Below are positions 19,977 through 32,300 of a stretch of DNA of 64,000 nt, piece after piece (the stretch's first letter is position 1; each line of letters opens with the position of its first letter). The DNA lies in the NCBI GenBank assembly GCA_964019335.1, contig OZ025655.1, positions 744,001 through 808,000 of the forward strand. The letters are read 5' to 3'. Origin of the DNA: Diplonema japonicum (taxonomy: Eukaryota > Protista > Euglenozoa: Diplonemea). Under the pieces are notes generated by a model. It ran no database searches, was not told the DNA's origin, and saw only the letters and a program-made list of their open reading frames with translations. Position numbers and translations under genes: made by a program.

Positions 19977-22373
19977 TTAGTGTGTGCTGTCAGGAGGCAC
20001 CGATAAGTTGTGCGCCTTCCTGCACTTAATGACTAGCTTTACCATTTCCTTCCGAGGTAGAAGCAGATGAAAGTGCGGTTTCGGCAGCCCCGTTGTTACC
20101 GGCGCAGAGTTGGCGCTCTTTCCCTCAAGCAGCCGCCTCGCTTCGGCTACTCTCAGGCTCTTCTGCACCTGCCTTTGCTTTTCCACCCATTTCTCGAGGT
20201 TCAGTTGATAAAGCTTGGATCGCTGCTTTACTGCAGCAGAAACACAAGCCATTTTCGCTTCCTCAGACACGAAGGGTCTCTTCTGGATCAACTTCATCTT
20301 CTCGCCCAATGCTCGCAGCACGTTATCTGCCGCCAGCTCACCCCCCAACCCAGCGAGGCTTTCCAATAGGCACTCTTTCTTGATCTTTGCTGCCTCTTCA
20401 GGGTCCAAGGGTGCTAACTTCTTCTTCCCCTTCGGTCTCTTTGCCCTGCACCTTGCTTCTGCTATCTTCTCGGTGATTCTCTCATCCACCTCGGCCATGT
20501 TGAACTCTTCTAACCTGCAGAGCTCTGCCTTGATTCCCTTCGCAGCGGCAAACACTCGTATCTCCTCGCGCAGGCTGTACAAGTCCGCTTGCAAGTTCAC
20601 TTTTACCTTCAGTAGTTTCTCTTCTGTATGCGTGAATTGGAGTACTAGGAGGTCCCTTTGTGCTTGACGCTTCTTAAGCATCCCTCTGATGCAGGTCTGT
20701 GCTCGGCTCACCCCTTCCACGTATACTCGAACAGCCATCTTGATTTTATGGGTACCGCTCAGGCTCTTCACAAAGGTTCGGACGATATCAATATTACGCT
20801 TGTAATGGTTCTTGATCTTTTTCATCCTGTAGATCTTTACCAGCTGGAGAATCGAAGCCTTCGCACGCTCGTGGCGGCGTCTACGTTCCTCAATCAGTGG
20901 AACGAAGTACCTGCGCAAAACGACCATAGCACGTGCTCGCTGCAGGGCATCACGTCTGGAGTTGGCCAGCTGCTGTGCCTTCCATGTAAAAGTCATGATG
21001 GGGGCGTGTTGCACTACGAGGACAAGCCACTTCTTCTGCAGGGGGACTTGCTTGGTCGACTCAGACTTTTTCTTTATCTCGGCGGCATGATGCTGCCTGT
21101 TAACTACACACGAATCGAGCTGCTTCAGTTCGCTCTCAAGTTGTGCGTCGAGCAACTCCCTCCTGTCGCGTGCTGCTTCCGTCCTCTCCTGCTGTGTAGT
21201 CTTTTTGAACACATTACGCAACTGCCCGACTGTCCTTGCCATCGCCTTGAATTTTGCTGTCACATTCCTCTTGGTATTCTCCGATGATGACAGCGCGTCA
21301 TTCTGACCTTCAACATCGCTGCTCTTATCTCGCACATCCCTATCCCTATCCCTATCCCTATCCCTATCCCTATCCCTATCCCTATCCCTATCCCTATCCC
21401 TATCCTTGTCTTTGTCTTTGTCTTTGTCCTTGTCCCTATCCTTGTCCTTGTCTCTGTTTCTGTCCTTGCCTTTCTTGTTCCTGCTCCAGTCTCTATCTCT
21501 TTTCTCTCGTACTACTTTGGGTTTCCCAAAGCTTTTAGGTTTTGCTCCCCGGGCAGGTGCTGTAACAGGTCGCAGTACACGGTGTTTATTGCACTCCTTC
21601 TTCTTCTCCCTATCCCTATCCCTAGGTGTGCTTGTGTTGCTGAGCGGCTTGTTAGTGTTCGAAGAGAGGGATGCACGCCGCTCCGAAAGTGCCTTCAGAA
21701 GGTGCGCCTCCCGGACGAGGTCGAGAACAAGGGTTTCCAGCTTACTGGTGACGAGAGTGTCAGACTGGGTGGAATCCATGGTAACTATGCCCTGATCACA
21801 AGACGTGGAGACGCTGCTCATGAGGAGTTGGTGGTGCTCATGAAGTTCATCGTTCAGCTTAACAGTCGCAGGGGAGAGGTGGGTGGGGATGTCTTTGGGT
21901 TTTGGTGCCGATGGGACTGCGACTATGCGTTGTTTGGTGCGCTTAGGTGAGGGGTTGTGCACAGCTGTATTGGGGCGTCCTTGTTCCCGCGCCTCACGGA
22001 GCGCTTTGCAGCAAAGACAGTGACTATTCTTCGTTGGTGAAGTCGGCATGGGGCTGCGGGGTGAGCTGTGCGCTGAGCCTGACCTATGCACCGCGGCCAG
22101 CCTAGGGAAGGCAGATACACTGAGGTTGTCCATCACATTGTGCGCTTTCCCCAGCTTACCAGCCACCTGCCTTCGTTGTATCCTAGATATGGTGTCATCG
22201 CACAGCACTGCCACCTGGCCCGTTGGCGGCTTTCCTCGCTTACGAACCCTTATCGCACTCTCTAGTCGCTTCTCCTTCGCTCGCAGATGGTTCTGAACCA
22301 CCTTGTTTTGGTTCTCATTACAAACTTCCATGGTTGGGGTGCACAGGTGGCATCGCACCGCCTGCAACACCAT
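19977..22373 (-). CDS. Large basic coiled-coil protein with DR/DK repeat and IQ-like segments
   Basis: ORF of about 800 aa, helical K/R/E-rich, AQTCIRGMLKKRQ is IQ-like. Start codon uncertain (22373 or 22331). Confidence 0.7.
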   Translation of the reverse strand: MVLQAVRCHLCTPTMEVCNENQNKVVQNHLRAKEKRLESAIRVRKRGKPPTGQVAVLCDDTISRIQRRQVAGKLGKAHNVMDNLSVSAFPRLAAVHRSGSAHSSPRSPMPTSPTKNSHCLCCKALREAREQGRPNTAVHNPSPKRTKQRIVAVPSAPKPKDIPTHLSPATVKLNDELHEHHQLLMSSVSTSCDQGIVTMDSTQSDTLVTSKLETLVLDLVREAHLLKALSERRASLSSNTNKPLSNTSTPRDRDREKKKECNKHRVLRPVTAPARGAKPKSFGKPKVVREKRDRDWSRNKKGKDRNRDKDKDRDKDKDKDKDKDRDRDRDRDRDRDRDRDRDRDRDVRDKSSDVEGQNDALSSSENTKRNVTAKFKAMARTVGQLRNVFKKTTQQERTEAARDRRELLDAQLESELKQLDSCVVNRQHHAAEIKKKSESTKQVPLQKKWLVLVVQHAPIMTFTWKAQQLANSRRDALQRARAMVVLRRYFVPLIEERRRRHERAKASILQLVKIYRMKKIKNHYKRNIDIVRTFVKSLSGTHKIKMAVRVYVEGVSRAQTCIRGMLKKRQAQRDLLVLQFTHTEEKLLKVKVNLQADLYSLREEIRVFAAAKGIKAELCRLEEFNMAEVDERITEKIAEARCRAKRPKGKKKLAPLDPEEAAKIKKECLLESLAGLGGELAADNVLRALGEKMKLIQKRPFVSEEAKMACVSAAVKQRSKLYQLNLEKWVEKQRQVQKSLRVAEARRLLEGKSANSAPVTTGLPKPHFHLLLPRKEMVKLVIKCRKAHNLSVPPDSTH
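21337..21402. repeat. (TCCCTA)11 hexamer repeat encoding an Asp-Arg tract
   Basis: 11 perfect copies, in frame within the minus-strand CDS. Confidence 0.95.
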
Positions 22374-22460
22374 AGTGTACACTGCTTAGCTTAATACCAT
22401 GCAGCGTTGACAATCAATACGATAATGGTTAAATACTGTGTAAATGAGAAACAAAAACCA

Positions 22461-23999
22461 TCATTCATTTAGGTCACCCAGCAATTTACCGAACAGCTGG
22501 GCTCGATACTTATACGTTTTGATGATCTGTTCTGTCATCACGGCCATGCTCTCGTTGTGGTTTGCACCTCCGAGGATAAGGTCGTGTGCTCGCACCCCGA
22601 GCTGCTGCATTTCATTGATCTTCCCAGGCGATGCTTTCAGGGCTTCTAGCTTGTTCACAAAGGCAGTGCTCTCCTCTGCGCTCCACAGAATGTCCTCAGA
22701 TTCGACAATGGCTATTTTTGTCCAGTTTAAAATGTCACTCATGGGCAGCACAGTGTGCATGACGCCGGGTGCTAGATATGTCTCATCCCCTCGCTGGGGC
22801 GACTTATGGCCTGGCTGCAGCACAATAGGGATACATCCAAAGTAAAGTGCCTCCAAGAGCCTGTAGGAGTGAAACCCCCATCCCCTGATCACCAAACAAA
22901 AACTTGCCGTTGACATCTCTTTCGCGTACAGTCCTGCGGTCGGGTCCACAAAGTTCACAGGAGGGACCATCCCCTTCCCCTTTGTCTTGAACCACGGCAG
23001 GAACCCGTCTTGCTGCGAGCGAACTGTTTCTGAGTTACAGCGCGCCTTCATTTTCCCGTACTTGCCACCTAATGACTTCCTTCCTTTGCCCTTTGTCTTG
23101 TCATAGCAATACAGCCATACACGAATGGCGGAGGACAAGGACCTGACTCGTTTCAGCATCCACCGAGGAGACTTGAAACTGTACACGGCACCCGAGAAGA
23201 AGATCAATGCTGCTCTGCCTGACGCACGCGCAATGTCTCTGGGTCCCGCGACCACTTTTGGAAGAGGTATGGTCATGTCTATCCAGGGCTGGTACGTGGA
23301 GTTGGAGGTGCTACTGCGTACTGCGAGCATGGCTTGGTTTTCGTAAGACTTTTCTTGATCGATGTTCCAGTCGGAGAAGCCTAGCGCAAGGTGGTTCAGC
23401 CCCCAAAGAGGACGCTTTTCCTCTGTTTCGTTACCCAGCAGGTCGCCATTGCTGATCCAGCCAGTGAAGGGTGGGGCTGCGTATGGATGGTGCACCCTCA
23501 GCACGGCGTTGCCCTCAATATGTGACGCGGGAAGCACACCTTTGAGGTTCCCGAACATGAATGTGTCAACCCCCAAGAAGAACACGCATGCCTCGGCCAC
23601 ATTCGATGTGACAATGTTACGCAGCCTGCCACCTAGGCTGAGGTGCACACTGTTAAAGAACGTCCCACCTTCCTTCTGAGAGTACACAAAGACCTTGAAC
23701 CTCTTGCTGCATGCTCGTTTGTGCAGGTAACACCTTGGAAGACTAGGCGCACTCCCTGTTGCACTATAAGACACTGTCGGCTTCTTGTAACACAGCAGCG
23801 CCCACTCATCTGTCTGTTGCACCACTCGTACGTGTTCCCTCACACTCTGCAGGTCTTCTTCTTCGTTTCTCTTCAGCAGGTACCCGCTCTCCTCTGCCTC
23901 TACTATGTCCATTAGCTCCACCTGGGGTATGCAGAACAGCAACACCATCGCCACAGCACCAAAGACCATCCACAAGGCGGTGCCCATCCTCAGCAACAT
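22461..23999 (-). CDS. Exostosin-family (GT47) glycosyltransferase, type II membrane protein
   Basis: N-terminal TM anchor, FKVFVY, EACVFF, YAKEMSTASFCLVIRGWGFHSYRLLEALYFGCIPIVL and LPMSDILNWTKIAI. Confidence 0.88.
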   Translation of the reverse strand: MLLRMGTALWMVFGAVAMVLLFCIPQVELMDIVEAEESGYLLKRNEEEDLQSVREHVRVVQQTDEWALLCYKKPTVSYSATGSAPSLPRCYLHKRACSKRFKVFVYSQKEGGTFFNSVHLSLGGRLRNIVTSNVAEACVFFLGVDTFMFGNLKGVLPASHIEGNAVLRVHHPYAAPPFTGWISNGDLLGNETEEKRPLWGLNHLALGFSDWNIDQEKSYENQAMLAVRSSTSNSTYQPWIDMTIPLPKVVAGPRDIARASGRAALIFFSGAVYSFKSPRWMLKRVRSLSSAIRVWLYCYDKTKGKGRKSLGGKYGKMKARCNSETVRSQQDGFLPWFKTKGKGMVPPVNFVDPTAGLYAKEMSTASFCLVIRGWGFHSYRLLEALYFGCIPIVLQPGHKSPQRGDETYLAPGVMHTVLPMSDILNWTKIAIVESEDILWSAEESTAFVNKLEALKASPGKINEMQQLGVRAHDLILGGANHNESMAVMTEQIIKTYKYRAQLFGKLLGDLNE

Positions 24000-24151
24000 A
24001 TTGCTTGACCCCTGCTATGAATAAATCACAGAGCAATAGGCTTTTTATGGTAGGCTTTACTCATATACAGAATCAGTCGAATTGCCTTCTCCGACAACAA
24101 TGTAAGCGGCTAGTGGTAAAGAAGCAAGAGGAGTCAACGGACCGATTTGGT

Positions 24152-25273
24152 TCAAGCAAAGTGCTTGGAGCTTGTTTGGCTAGACTTCCTTGAGCTCGCT
24201 GAGCTGCTGATGGATATTACTGCTGTGAAAGAGATAAGAACTAGCAGAACCAGCATGGTGTGCAGATCTGCAATGGGCCTCCCCAAAACCCAGTCAAAGG
24301 CAAAGGTTGCGAGGGGCTCCAAAGCAAGGGACCCTGTGACAATAATGGGGGTGCAATAACCCAGTGCAATAACGAGAGATCCTTGGAAGATAGCGGTGAA
24401 GAAGCTGACAATGATGGTGGGCACCAAGTAATACAGGTTGAATAGGACGTAGAACCATGTAGTGATCCCGAACTCAGGGTGCAGGTACAGGCAGCTGATG
24501 AAGATGTACAGTGCACTTTGCGCGTAGACCAAACTCATCAGCGGCACGAAAGGTAGCTTGGCACGCAGCCTTTTCTGGCTTACGTAGAATACAGCGTTTG
24601 TGCACGACACCCCCAACCCTGCAAGGACACCTAGAAAAGATGGCTGCATCACAACTAACAAGTAAATAATCAGAACACAGACACCGACTGCAGCTTGTCG
24701 CTCAATTTTTGAGACACTGACGGGGTCAGTGAAGTATACGAAGAGGGCAGCGAAGACACAACTGCAGTTTGTGACAACAGACGTGACCTCATCGCCTGTG
24801 AGCTCTAAGGCAACTTGGCTCAGTAGAGAGGCGACACCATGTGTCACACCGCTGACCACAAGGGACACCAGGGTGCTCCTGTCATTAACGGCTTTTTGAA
24901 GGGTTAACTTGACAACCTGCACGTCACTTACTGTTCTGTACCAGTACGCAACGAACCCTACGGCCAACACCATGTTCCGAGAGCCCACCTTTAGCAGCGG
25001 TGGTTCGACGTACATGTCCATCAACGGGAAGACAATGCCACCTGCTAACACCCCCACTAGACACAGAAAGAACCCCAAGTAAATCCTTTGAGGCGTGTTA
25101 GCGATCTCAAACCACTTGTTCCGCATCTGTTCCACAATGTCCCCCAGCGTGCCCCGATCACCCCATGCCCCCGGCCCGTGGTGTATACCTGGTGTTTCCA
25201 CTCTCACTTCTGTATGTTGTGTAGCATCTTCACCTTGTTTGTGCCGCGAACCCCGTTTCTCAATGTGCTCCAT
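24152..25273 (-). CDS. DMT/EamA-like transporter with about 10 TM helices
   Basis: Ten hydrophobic segments and the DMT-like motif LALEPLATFAFDWVLG. True start is probably MEHIEKRG; the ORF-track N-terminus (poly-Asn) belongs to the neighbouring gene's intron. Confidence 0.75.
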   Translation of the reverse strand: MEHIEKRGSRHKQGEDATQHTEVRVETPGIHHGPGAWGDRGTLGDIVEQMRNKWFEIANTPQRIYLGFFLCLVGVLAGGIVFPLMDMYVEPPLLKVGSRNMVLAVGFVAYWYRTVSDVQVVKLTLQKAVNDRSTLVSLVVSGVTHGVASLLSQVALELTGDEVTSVVTNCSCVFAALFVYFTDPVSVSKIERQAAVGVCVLIIYLLVVMQPSFLGVLAGLGVSCTNAVFYVSQKRLRAKLPFVPLMSLVYAQSALYIFISCLYLHPEFGITTWFYVLFNLYYLVPTIIVSFFTAIFQGSLVIALGYCTPIIVTGSLALEPLATFAFDWVLGRPIADLHTMLVLLVLISFTAVISISSSASSRKSSQTSSKHFA

Positions 25274-25382
25274 ATCTCTGAGCGAGTGGGATAAAGAAAT
25301 GAAATGAAATGAATGTTGAAAAGCAATGAACGGAAACTGATAGTTGGGTAAAAGGTATGATACTCGGGAGGTGCATGATCTT

Positions 25383-26144
<762 letters not shown>

Positions 26145-26207
26145 TGTGTGTGTGTTTTTTTCCTGTGTGTCTTATCGTGTGCATGTGCAGGGCTCAGTAC
26201 AACAGGT

Positions 26208-27158
26208 TTACGATACACGCCGCAAGGCGGCTGCACAAGTCTCGTCTGTCTCTAAGCGTTTTTGAAGACGCCAGCTGGCAGCGGATGCCACAACAGTATC
26301 AAAACGGGTTTGAAGTGTTCGGAGTGTGTGGATAGAAGAGGTGGCTGTGCTCTCGAGTGCTTCTAGCTGGCTTAGAATCAAAGCCACATCAGGGGAGGCG
26401 GGAGAATGAGTAGGAGGAGCGTAACTGGCAACAGGCATAAATTGCACTGGTGCAGGCGTATGTATAGGTGCTGGTGCGGGGGTGGTGGTGTGCCTTGCTG
26501 GTGTCGAAACACTGAAGGAGGCTATTGAAGTGGGAGTAGGGATGGGTAGGGGGGCTGTCTGCATAGATGCAGGGGTCTTTCTCACTGCAGGTGTTGTTGA
26601 ATGCGGTGTCGTGATCTGTGCGGGGGTCCTGCAGGTAGCAGACGTCGCTGCATGCGAGCTGCGGTACCACACATGCATGCCACCAGCATGGTCAGATGTT
26701 TCAAAGACGGGCTTCTCGTCAGATACTCCAAATCTTCTTGACGCCTTCTCGAGATCTGACTGTGCTGTATTCAGTTCGTGTTTCAAGAACTCAACTTCAT
26801 TGGTAAGAACAACAGCAGGCGACACAACCTCCTGCACCCTGTCCAGCCACACATTACGAATGTCTTCGTCTTCAAAGCACATTACACAATAGGTATCAGA
26901 CCACCTCAAAACCAACATACACCGTGGCAACCCCTCCTCACCCTCACTCCTTCCTAACTTATCCAGCAGCCTCGCACACAGGCTGTCTATGTCCTCCAGA
27001 CTTGTTCCCTCCGCCCTCTCCACGCTTCCCTCTCCACACCGCACTACGTACTCCACAGTTCCGTCGGGCTTTTCGACAGACACATCTCCCACATCCACTC
27101 GCAGTACCCGCCGCCGCCACTGTCCCCCACCCACCACACCGTACACCCTGTGGAACAT
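26208..27158 (-). CDS. Hypothetical protein with PH-like N-domain, short coiled coil and Pro/Thr-rich linker
   Basis: WRRRVLRV...YCVMCFEDEDIRNVWLDRVQEVV resembles a PH fold ending in a Trp helix. Confidence 0.6.
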   Translation of the reverse strand: MFHRVYGVVGGGQWRRRVLRVDVGDVSVEKPDGTVEYVVRCGEGSVERAEGTSLEDIDSLCARLLDKLGRSEGEEGLPRCMLVLRWSDTYCVMCFEDEDIRNVWLDRVQEVVSPAVVLTNEVEFLKHELNTAQSDLEKASRRFGVSDEKPVFETSDHAGGMHVWYRSSHAATSATCRTPAQITTPHSTTPAVRKTPASMQTAPLPIPTPTSIASFSVSTPARHTTTPAPAPIHTPAPVQFMPVASYAPPTHSPASPDVALILSQLEALESTATSSIHTLRTLQTRFDTVVASAASWRLQKRLETDETCAAALRRVS

Positions 27159-27379
27159 CGTCTCCTTGTTTGGAATGCTGAAGGTACTAAATAGTCAGTA
27201 CTGACAGTGAAAAAGAAGGGAGGAAGGAGTGGATCTTTGTGAACTAAAAGAAAAGAAATATATCTCCTTGATGACTCGAAGAAGAAAGGAAAGAAGTCGT
27301 TCCATAAAATAAATTGAGCTTCGGATGCACACGCACAAAACCATAAGATACGCTAACACACACGCGCAGTGCAAAATCA

Positions 27380-28827
27380 TCAGGAGAAAGCAGGAAGCTT
27401 CCCTGAGCCAACAACGACATTGAGGAAGCCGGGGAGCGATTCCACGTGGAAGGGGACGTTGTTCTCGCAAGATTCACCGTCGAGGACAACCTTCGAGAGA
27501 GGATCAGGGATCTCGACGTACAGGGACTTAGCCACCACTTCGGTCCATCTCTTCGACTTCAAGTGCTTCCCGTCTTCAATGTTGTCAAATTCCTCGATCA
27601 GGCCACACCTTATCTTTGGTGTCATCCATGACACGAACAGCTTTCCGTCGTCAAGCTTGCAAGTGGGGGCGATCTTCATATCCTTGTCCAAGGCAGGCGC
27701 CGACACGGCCTGCATGAACATAATATCGCCCTCCCACTCCTGCCAACCCAGCGACTTGTCCTTCTCGTCATACATCACTCCAGTAGGGGGTGTTGTCACG
27801 TCGGAGTCGCCATCGTGCGGGAGCCACTTTATCTTGACTGGGTACTCCAGTGTGTTGTGTGTCGTGCAGCAACAGCACACGCACTTGTAGCAGCACAAAA
27901 GCTTTGCCACCGCATACGCGAGGAACCTGATGGGTCCCATGCACCTGCACATTTCGCTGTCGATGTCGATGTCAGCAATGAGCCCTGTAGTCACGCTGAG
28001 CGTGCCGTAGCGTATTTTGCCATTCTGGATCAACTGGAACAAGTCAAGGGGCCTGGTCTCTCCCTTCAGCAGTGACCACGTTGCAGTGAAGGAGTCACCC
28101 TGGCCGGTCATGTGCGCCACAGCGTTAGCAGACCCAGCAGGGATGTAGCACACGGTGAATTTTCCCTTGCGTGCATCAGGACGTTTCATGAGCCCTTCAA
28201 TACACTCGCACATGGTCCCGTCCCCTCCCACGGCGGCAACAATGGAATAGTCGTCGAGGAGAAGGTTTTTAGCAATAGTGGTGGCCTCACCAGGGCCCTT
28301 GGTCTCCGTGAGGTCGATGCTGTGCCGGGAGTACTGGGCGTATTCCATTACTGTCTTGGCAACCTTACTGCCCCTGCCGCTGCCGCTGTTAGGGTTGGCA
28401 ATTACATGGATGTTAAATCTCTTGGGGGCAGCCCACTCACGGATCTGATCGCACATCCTCTTGGCGGCGGGCTCGTCCTCCAGTTTCACTGTCACCTTCT
28501 CCATTTTGGTTTCAGAGTACCACGGCTGACCCATGCCAGGCAGCCCAGACTCCGTAAGCTTCTCCTTTTTCTTTGCCGCCTCGAACTCTACGTACTTGAT
28601 AGACACTTTCCTCCCCTTGCTCTCGGCACCAAACACTTGTCGGATAGGCTGTAGTTTGGTTATGTGTGCTGGTGTCATACCAAAATCGTCTTTTTCGATT
28701 TTTCTTTTTGTTGCAACCCGTCTTCCTTGGAGGAAGACTTGCTCTCAACGATGATGAGCTTGTCCTCCTCAAGGACAACGGTGCTCACCTTCTTGGGTGA
28801 CTTCGGTGACTCATTTTCAACCGCCAT
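27380..28827 (-). CDS. Sphingosine kinase / DAGK-catalytic-domain lipid kinase
   Basis: IANPNSGSGRG, VGGDGTMCE, IPAGSANA, DIDSEMCRCMGPIRF and VLDGE. First exon MAVENESPK...TIL is joined by intron 28649-28680 (32 nt). Confidence 0.9.
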
Positions 28828-28932
28828 ATTAAAATAACGTGATAAGGGCTGTAGGGTTACTAATGCTCAGGTGGGGGAAAATTGAAGTATAAATTAAGTG
28901 TAAGTAGACAGGTCTTGTCAGGGATGGCGGAC

Positions 28933-29166
28933 TCAGAGGCACTCATCACCTGCCTCACAGAGGTTTCCAAAGATGTCTAATCTGCCATCGGGTGCCCACT
29001 GCGGGAACGTGATGTCATATTTAAAGCCATAACCAGACATCTTTGACACACAAGACAGTTCAGACAAACTACCCGGCTTGCCCTTACAGATGGGGTTCTT
29101 AACCAACGGTGCAGCCTTGCCGGGGGAACCCGAAGCTAAGGCCTTGTGCAGTCCAGCATGAGGCAT
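28933..29166 (-). CDS. Possible small hypothetical protein (77 aa)
   Basis: ATG follows a CA-rich ...ACATAG acceptor-like site and the ORF fills the gap between two genes. No recognisable domain. Confidence 0.35.
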   Translation of the reverse strand: MPHAGLHKALASGSPGKAAPLVKNPICKGKPGSLSELSCVSKMSGYGFKYDITFPQWAPDGRLDIFGNLCEAGDECL

Positions 29167-29326
29167 CTATGTAGTGTATTGGTTGGTTTGTGTAATTGCT
29201 GAAGCGGGGCTGTGCTTATTTCAACAAGGCAGAATGGAGGAAAGAGGAAGAAGAAAACCGGGAATAAAAAGAACACTGTCTGTTCTATTCTTCATAATAT
29301 AAGTATAGAGTCAACTACCTTGTTGC

Positions 29327-32300
29327 TCATTTAGAATAGCACCACGCGAGCGTCATTGTTACTACTAGGAGGGTAACATGGACAGAACAAGACCGGCTGG
29401 GGGGCGGGGGCGGTGCCGTGAGGTCGTACTCTGTCACCCAGAAATCTGAAGCTGTGAAGAGGGATGTCTTGTGCGGATAGAGGCTGTGCTGGTGGTGTGA
29501 GCCGATCACAAACCGCAGAGATCCCATGGGCGGTGTTTGTGCAAAAAGCTTGTTGAGGTACTTAGACTCAGAGATAATGTCGCTGTCACTGAGTTGCTCG
29601 GCTACGTCAAGTAGCCGCCTTCTGTACGCGTGCACCACATCGGGTGTAAGGCCATCGGCAATGTCGGTGCCCAGGGCCTCACACCTGGCGATGTACGTCT
29701 GACCAGCACGGCTGGTGAAGCACTGGCACAATGCATAATCTCGCAGCCCACTGGTCACTTTCACTGTCCTGAAAAACTTCTCAGCAAATTCTAGCGTGTC
29801 GCCCACATTCCCGCAATGGTCGGCGTAGTACATCACACTCCCCGTTTCGTCACACCCGATACCCGAGGAGTACGCCAGACCCTTATTCCATGACTTTACA
29901 AAAGGTGTGTGAGCTCCACCACCACACCATGCCTTCGCAGCCAGCAGCATTTTTGCCTCGGCATCTGTCATGCTGGCCTTGCTCATGGAGGGTGCCGGCA
30001 TCTTGTGTACCACGACGCCTTGTGTCGACGATGTGTGCAGCAGCCCTACGTGATCCCTAACGTTTGCATTCCCATTCCTGCGCCGCCACCTGTTGTCCAC
30101 GCACTTCTCGTGGGGCACTGTAAGTGACTCTCGCTTCTCGGGCAGCTTGTCGATAACAGCCTGCAACACCACCTGTACGCCCTTCACATGCTCGTTACCG
30201 GTGATGATGTACCCGCGGCAGTTCTGTCGCCTGCTTACTATATCCAACATCTCCTTCCATTCGTCCAAGGTTTCCTTTGGTTCCTTCGCCACATCGGCAC
30301 TGAACACCTCGCACTGCTCTTGCCATTCATATGGCACACCCTCGCCCTCTGGCATTTGGTGCAAAAGGTCCAACAGATCAGCAGCAATGTTGAACCCAGA
30401 GGAAATAAGCTCGTCCTTCAGCACACGCAAGTCTGAAATCAGCCGGACCCTGTTCAAAAAGCACAACACATCTTTTTCTGGGGTGGCAAGCTGGTACTTC
30501 AGGCGTAGGAAGCAGTATTCTTGGAGGAGGCAGCACTCTGCAAACAGTTTGTGGTAATTGTGTTGCTGTCGATATGCCCCTGCAAGGGACGTTCCCCAAA
30601 ACTCGGCACGGGACTTCATCACATCTTTTGCTTCCCGGAGTTGCTCGTTGATGATGTCTCTGATGCGTGGTAGGTTGTCCACATCCCATAGAGGCGTGCA
30701 CAACACGGCCTCGCACCATTCTGCAGCAGAGCTTACCTCAGAAGACTTCAGACCAGCACCGCGTACCACTACCTCAACTCTGTCTGTGCTCGAGCTAACA
30801 GACATGTACGAGTCGATGTAGAGAATCTCTTGCTGGATGCGCCCACCGTACACATCATACGGTATCCGTGTACCTTTCAACCATACTCCGTAGGAGTGCA
30901 GGGTGGGCAGCACCACCATGTGCATCGCTAGGCGTGGCGGGATGTCTCTAACTGAGAGCGCGTATCCAAAGTAGCAACACTCGTTGAGCTCTGGCACAGA
31001 GCATGTTAAGATGGAGCCCAGAACCTCGTACTGCAACACAGGATCGAAAGTCATAGGGGGATTAGATGTGAAAGGCGGCTGCTCTGTGATGCTAGTGTTC
31101 GCATCTATCTCGTCCACAGCTCTCTCGTAGTCAGCACGGTACTGCTCGGGAGACACTGACAGTTGTTCCATAAATGACCGGCACCTTTCTTCCGTCTTGC
31201 TGCGATCACTTTCGTGCTGCTCAGGGGATGCCTTGCAAACCACGACGCAAGGCTCGCGCTCGTGCAACCCCCATTTTGTCAAATATTCGCCCCAGAAGTT
31301 TTCTCCAGTACTTAGGAGCTCCTCGATGGCAGCAGCCTCCTTGTCGAACGTAAGCTCGACATTTGAGTCCTTCGTGAACTCGACTGCTTTATCCAAGAAA
31401 GACACCCACTCCCCATAGTGTCCGCGTACACCGAATTCAGGCGGGTGTTGTAAGAATTCAACAGAGTGTTTCAGAAGACACTGCACCCTGCAGAACACAC
31501 GGATGTTGAATGAGTTCAGCTGATCGGAGTTATCCCTCCAAGAGATCACCTCTTCCAAGCCATCCTTTACCTTTTGTTTTAGGCTTGCAACGCAGCTAGG
31601 GGTGATGCTCGAGGACTTAACCCCTTCAAAAGACACAATGAGTGACAAGCCCTTTTCTTCATTGACAGACGCCGTAACGCTTGTGGCCTCGGTGTCGAGC
31701 AGTGTGCTGTACAGTGTCGATGTGTCGCCATCAGCGAAGAGGACAACGAAAATGAGTAGCAGTGCGTAGTCGATCCAGCCGTCTTCTTGCTCCGAGAGGG
31801 TGTACGGCAGTATACCAGGCCAGCAGAATATGATCTTTCCCGGCTCGTGAGGGTTTAGGTGTGCGAAGGTAGACTCCATGTATGTCCCGTCAGGGACGGG
31901 TGCTGGTGGTGGGAAGTTCATCTCTACCCTGGGCGGTTGGCCCACCGTAGGTTCTGTTGTCAGGTGCGGGATGCCCTTTGGGCTCATTCCAAGAAGCAAA
32001 CCGTTCAACTTAGTCAGGACTGTCCTGAAGTCGTCCGATGTCGCAACCACGATGCCCATGTTCTCCAAGTGGTAGCATTCGGCATGAAAGTCACGCAACC
32101 TCTCAGGTGTCAGTGTGCGTATCGCTTCTGGAGACCCTCCCTGCTCCCAGGAAAGGGGATGTTTAGAACCGTAGATGCACTTGTAGACATGGGCGTAGGC
32201 AACATGAGACGCGTGCTGGAAGGCACCCACCTGTTCCATATATACAGTGCCCTTCTCTTCTGCGCATTCTTTGTCCGTGATCACCATGTGCCGTACCTCG

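Noticed and set aside
21337-21402. (TAGGGA)11 as an interstitial telomeric repeat
   Set aside because: It is not TTAGGG, lies in frame in a CDS and grades into degenerate DK/DR codons, so it is a coding dipeptide repeat.
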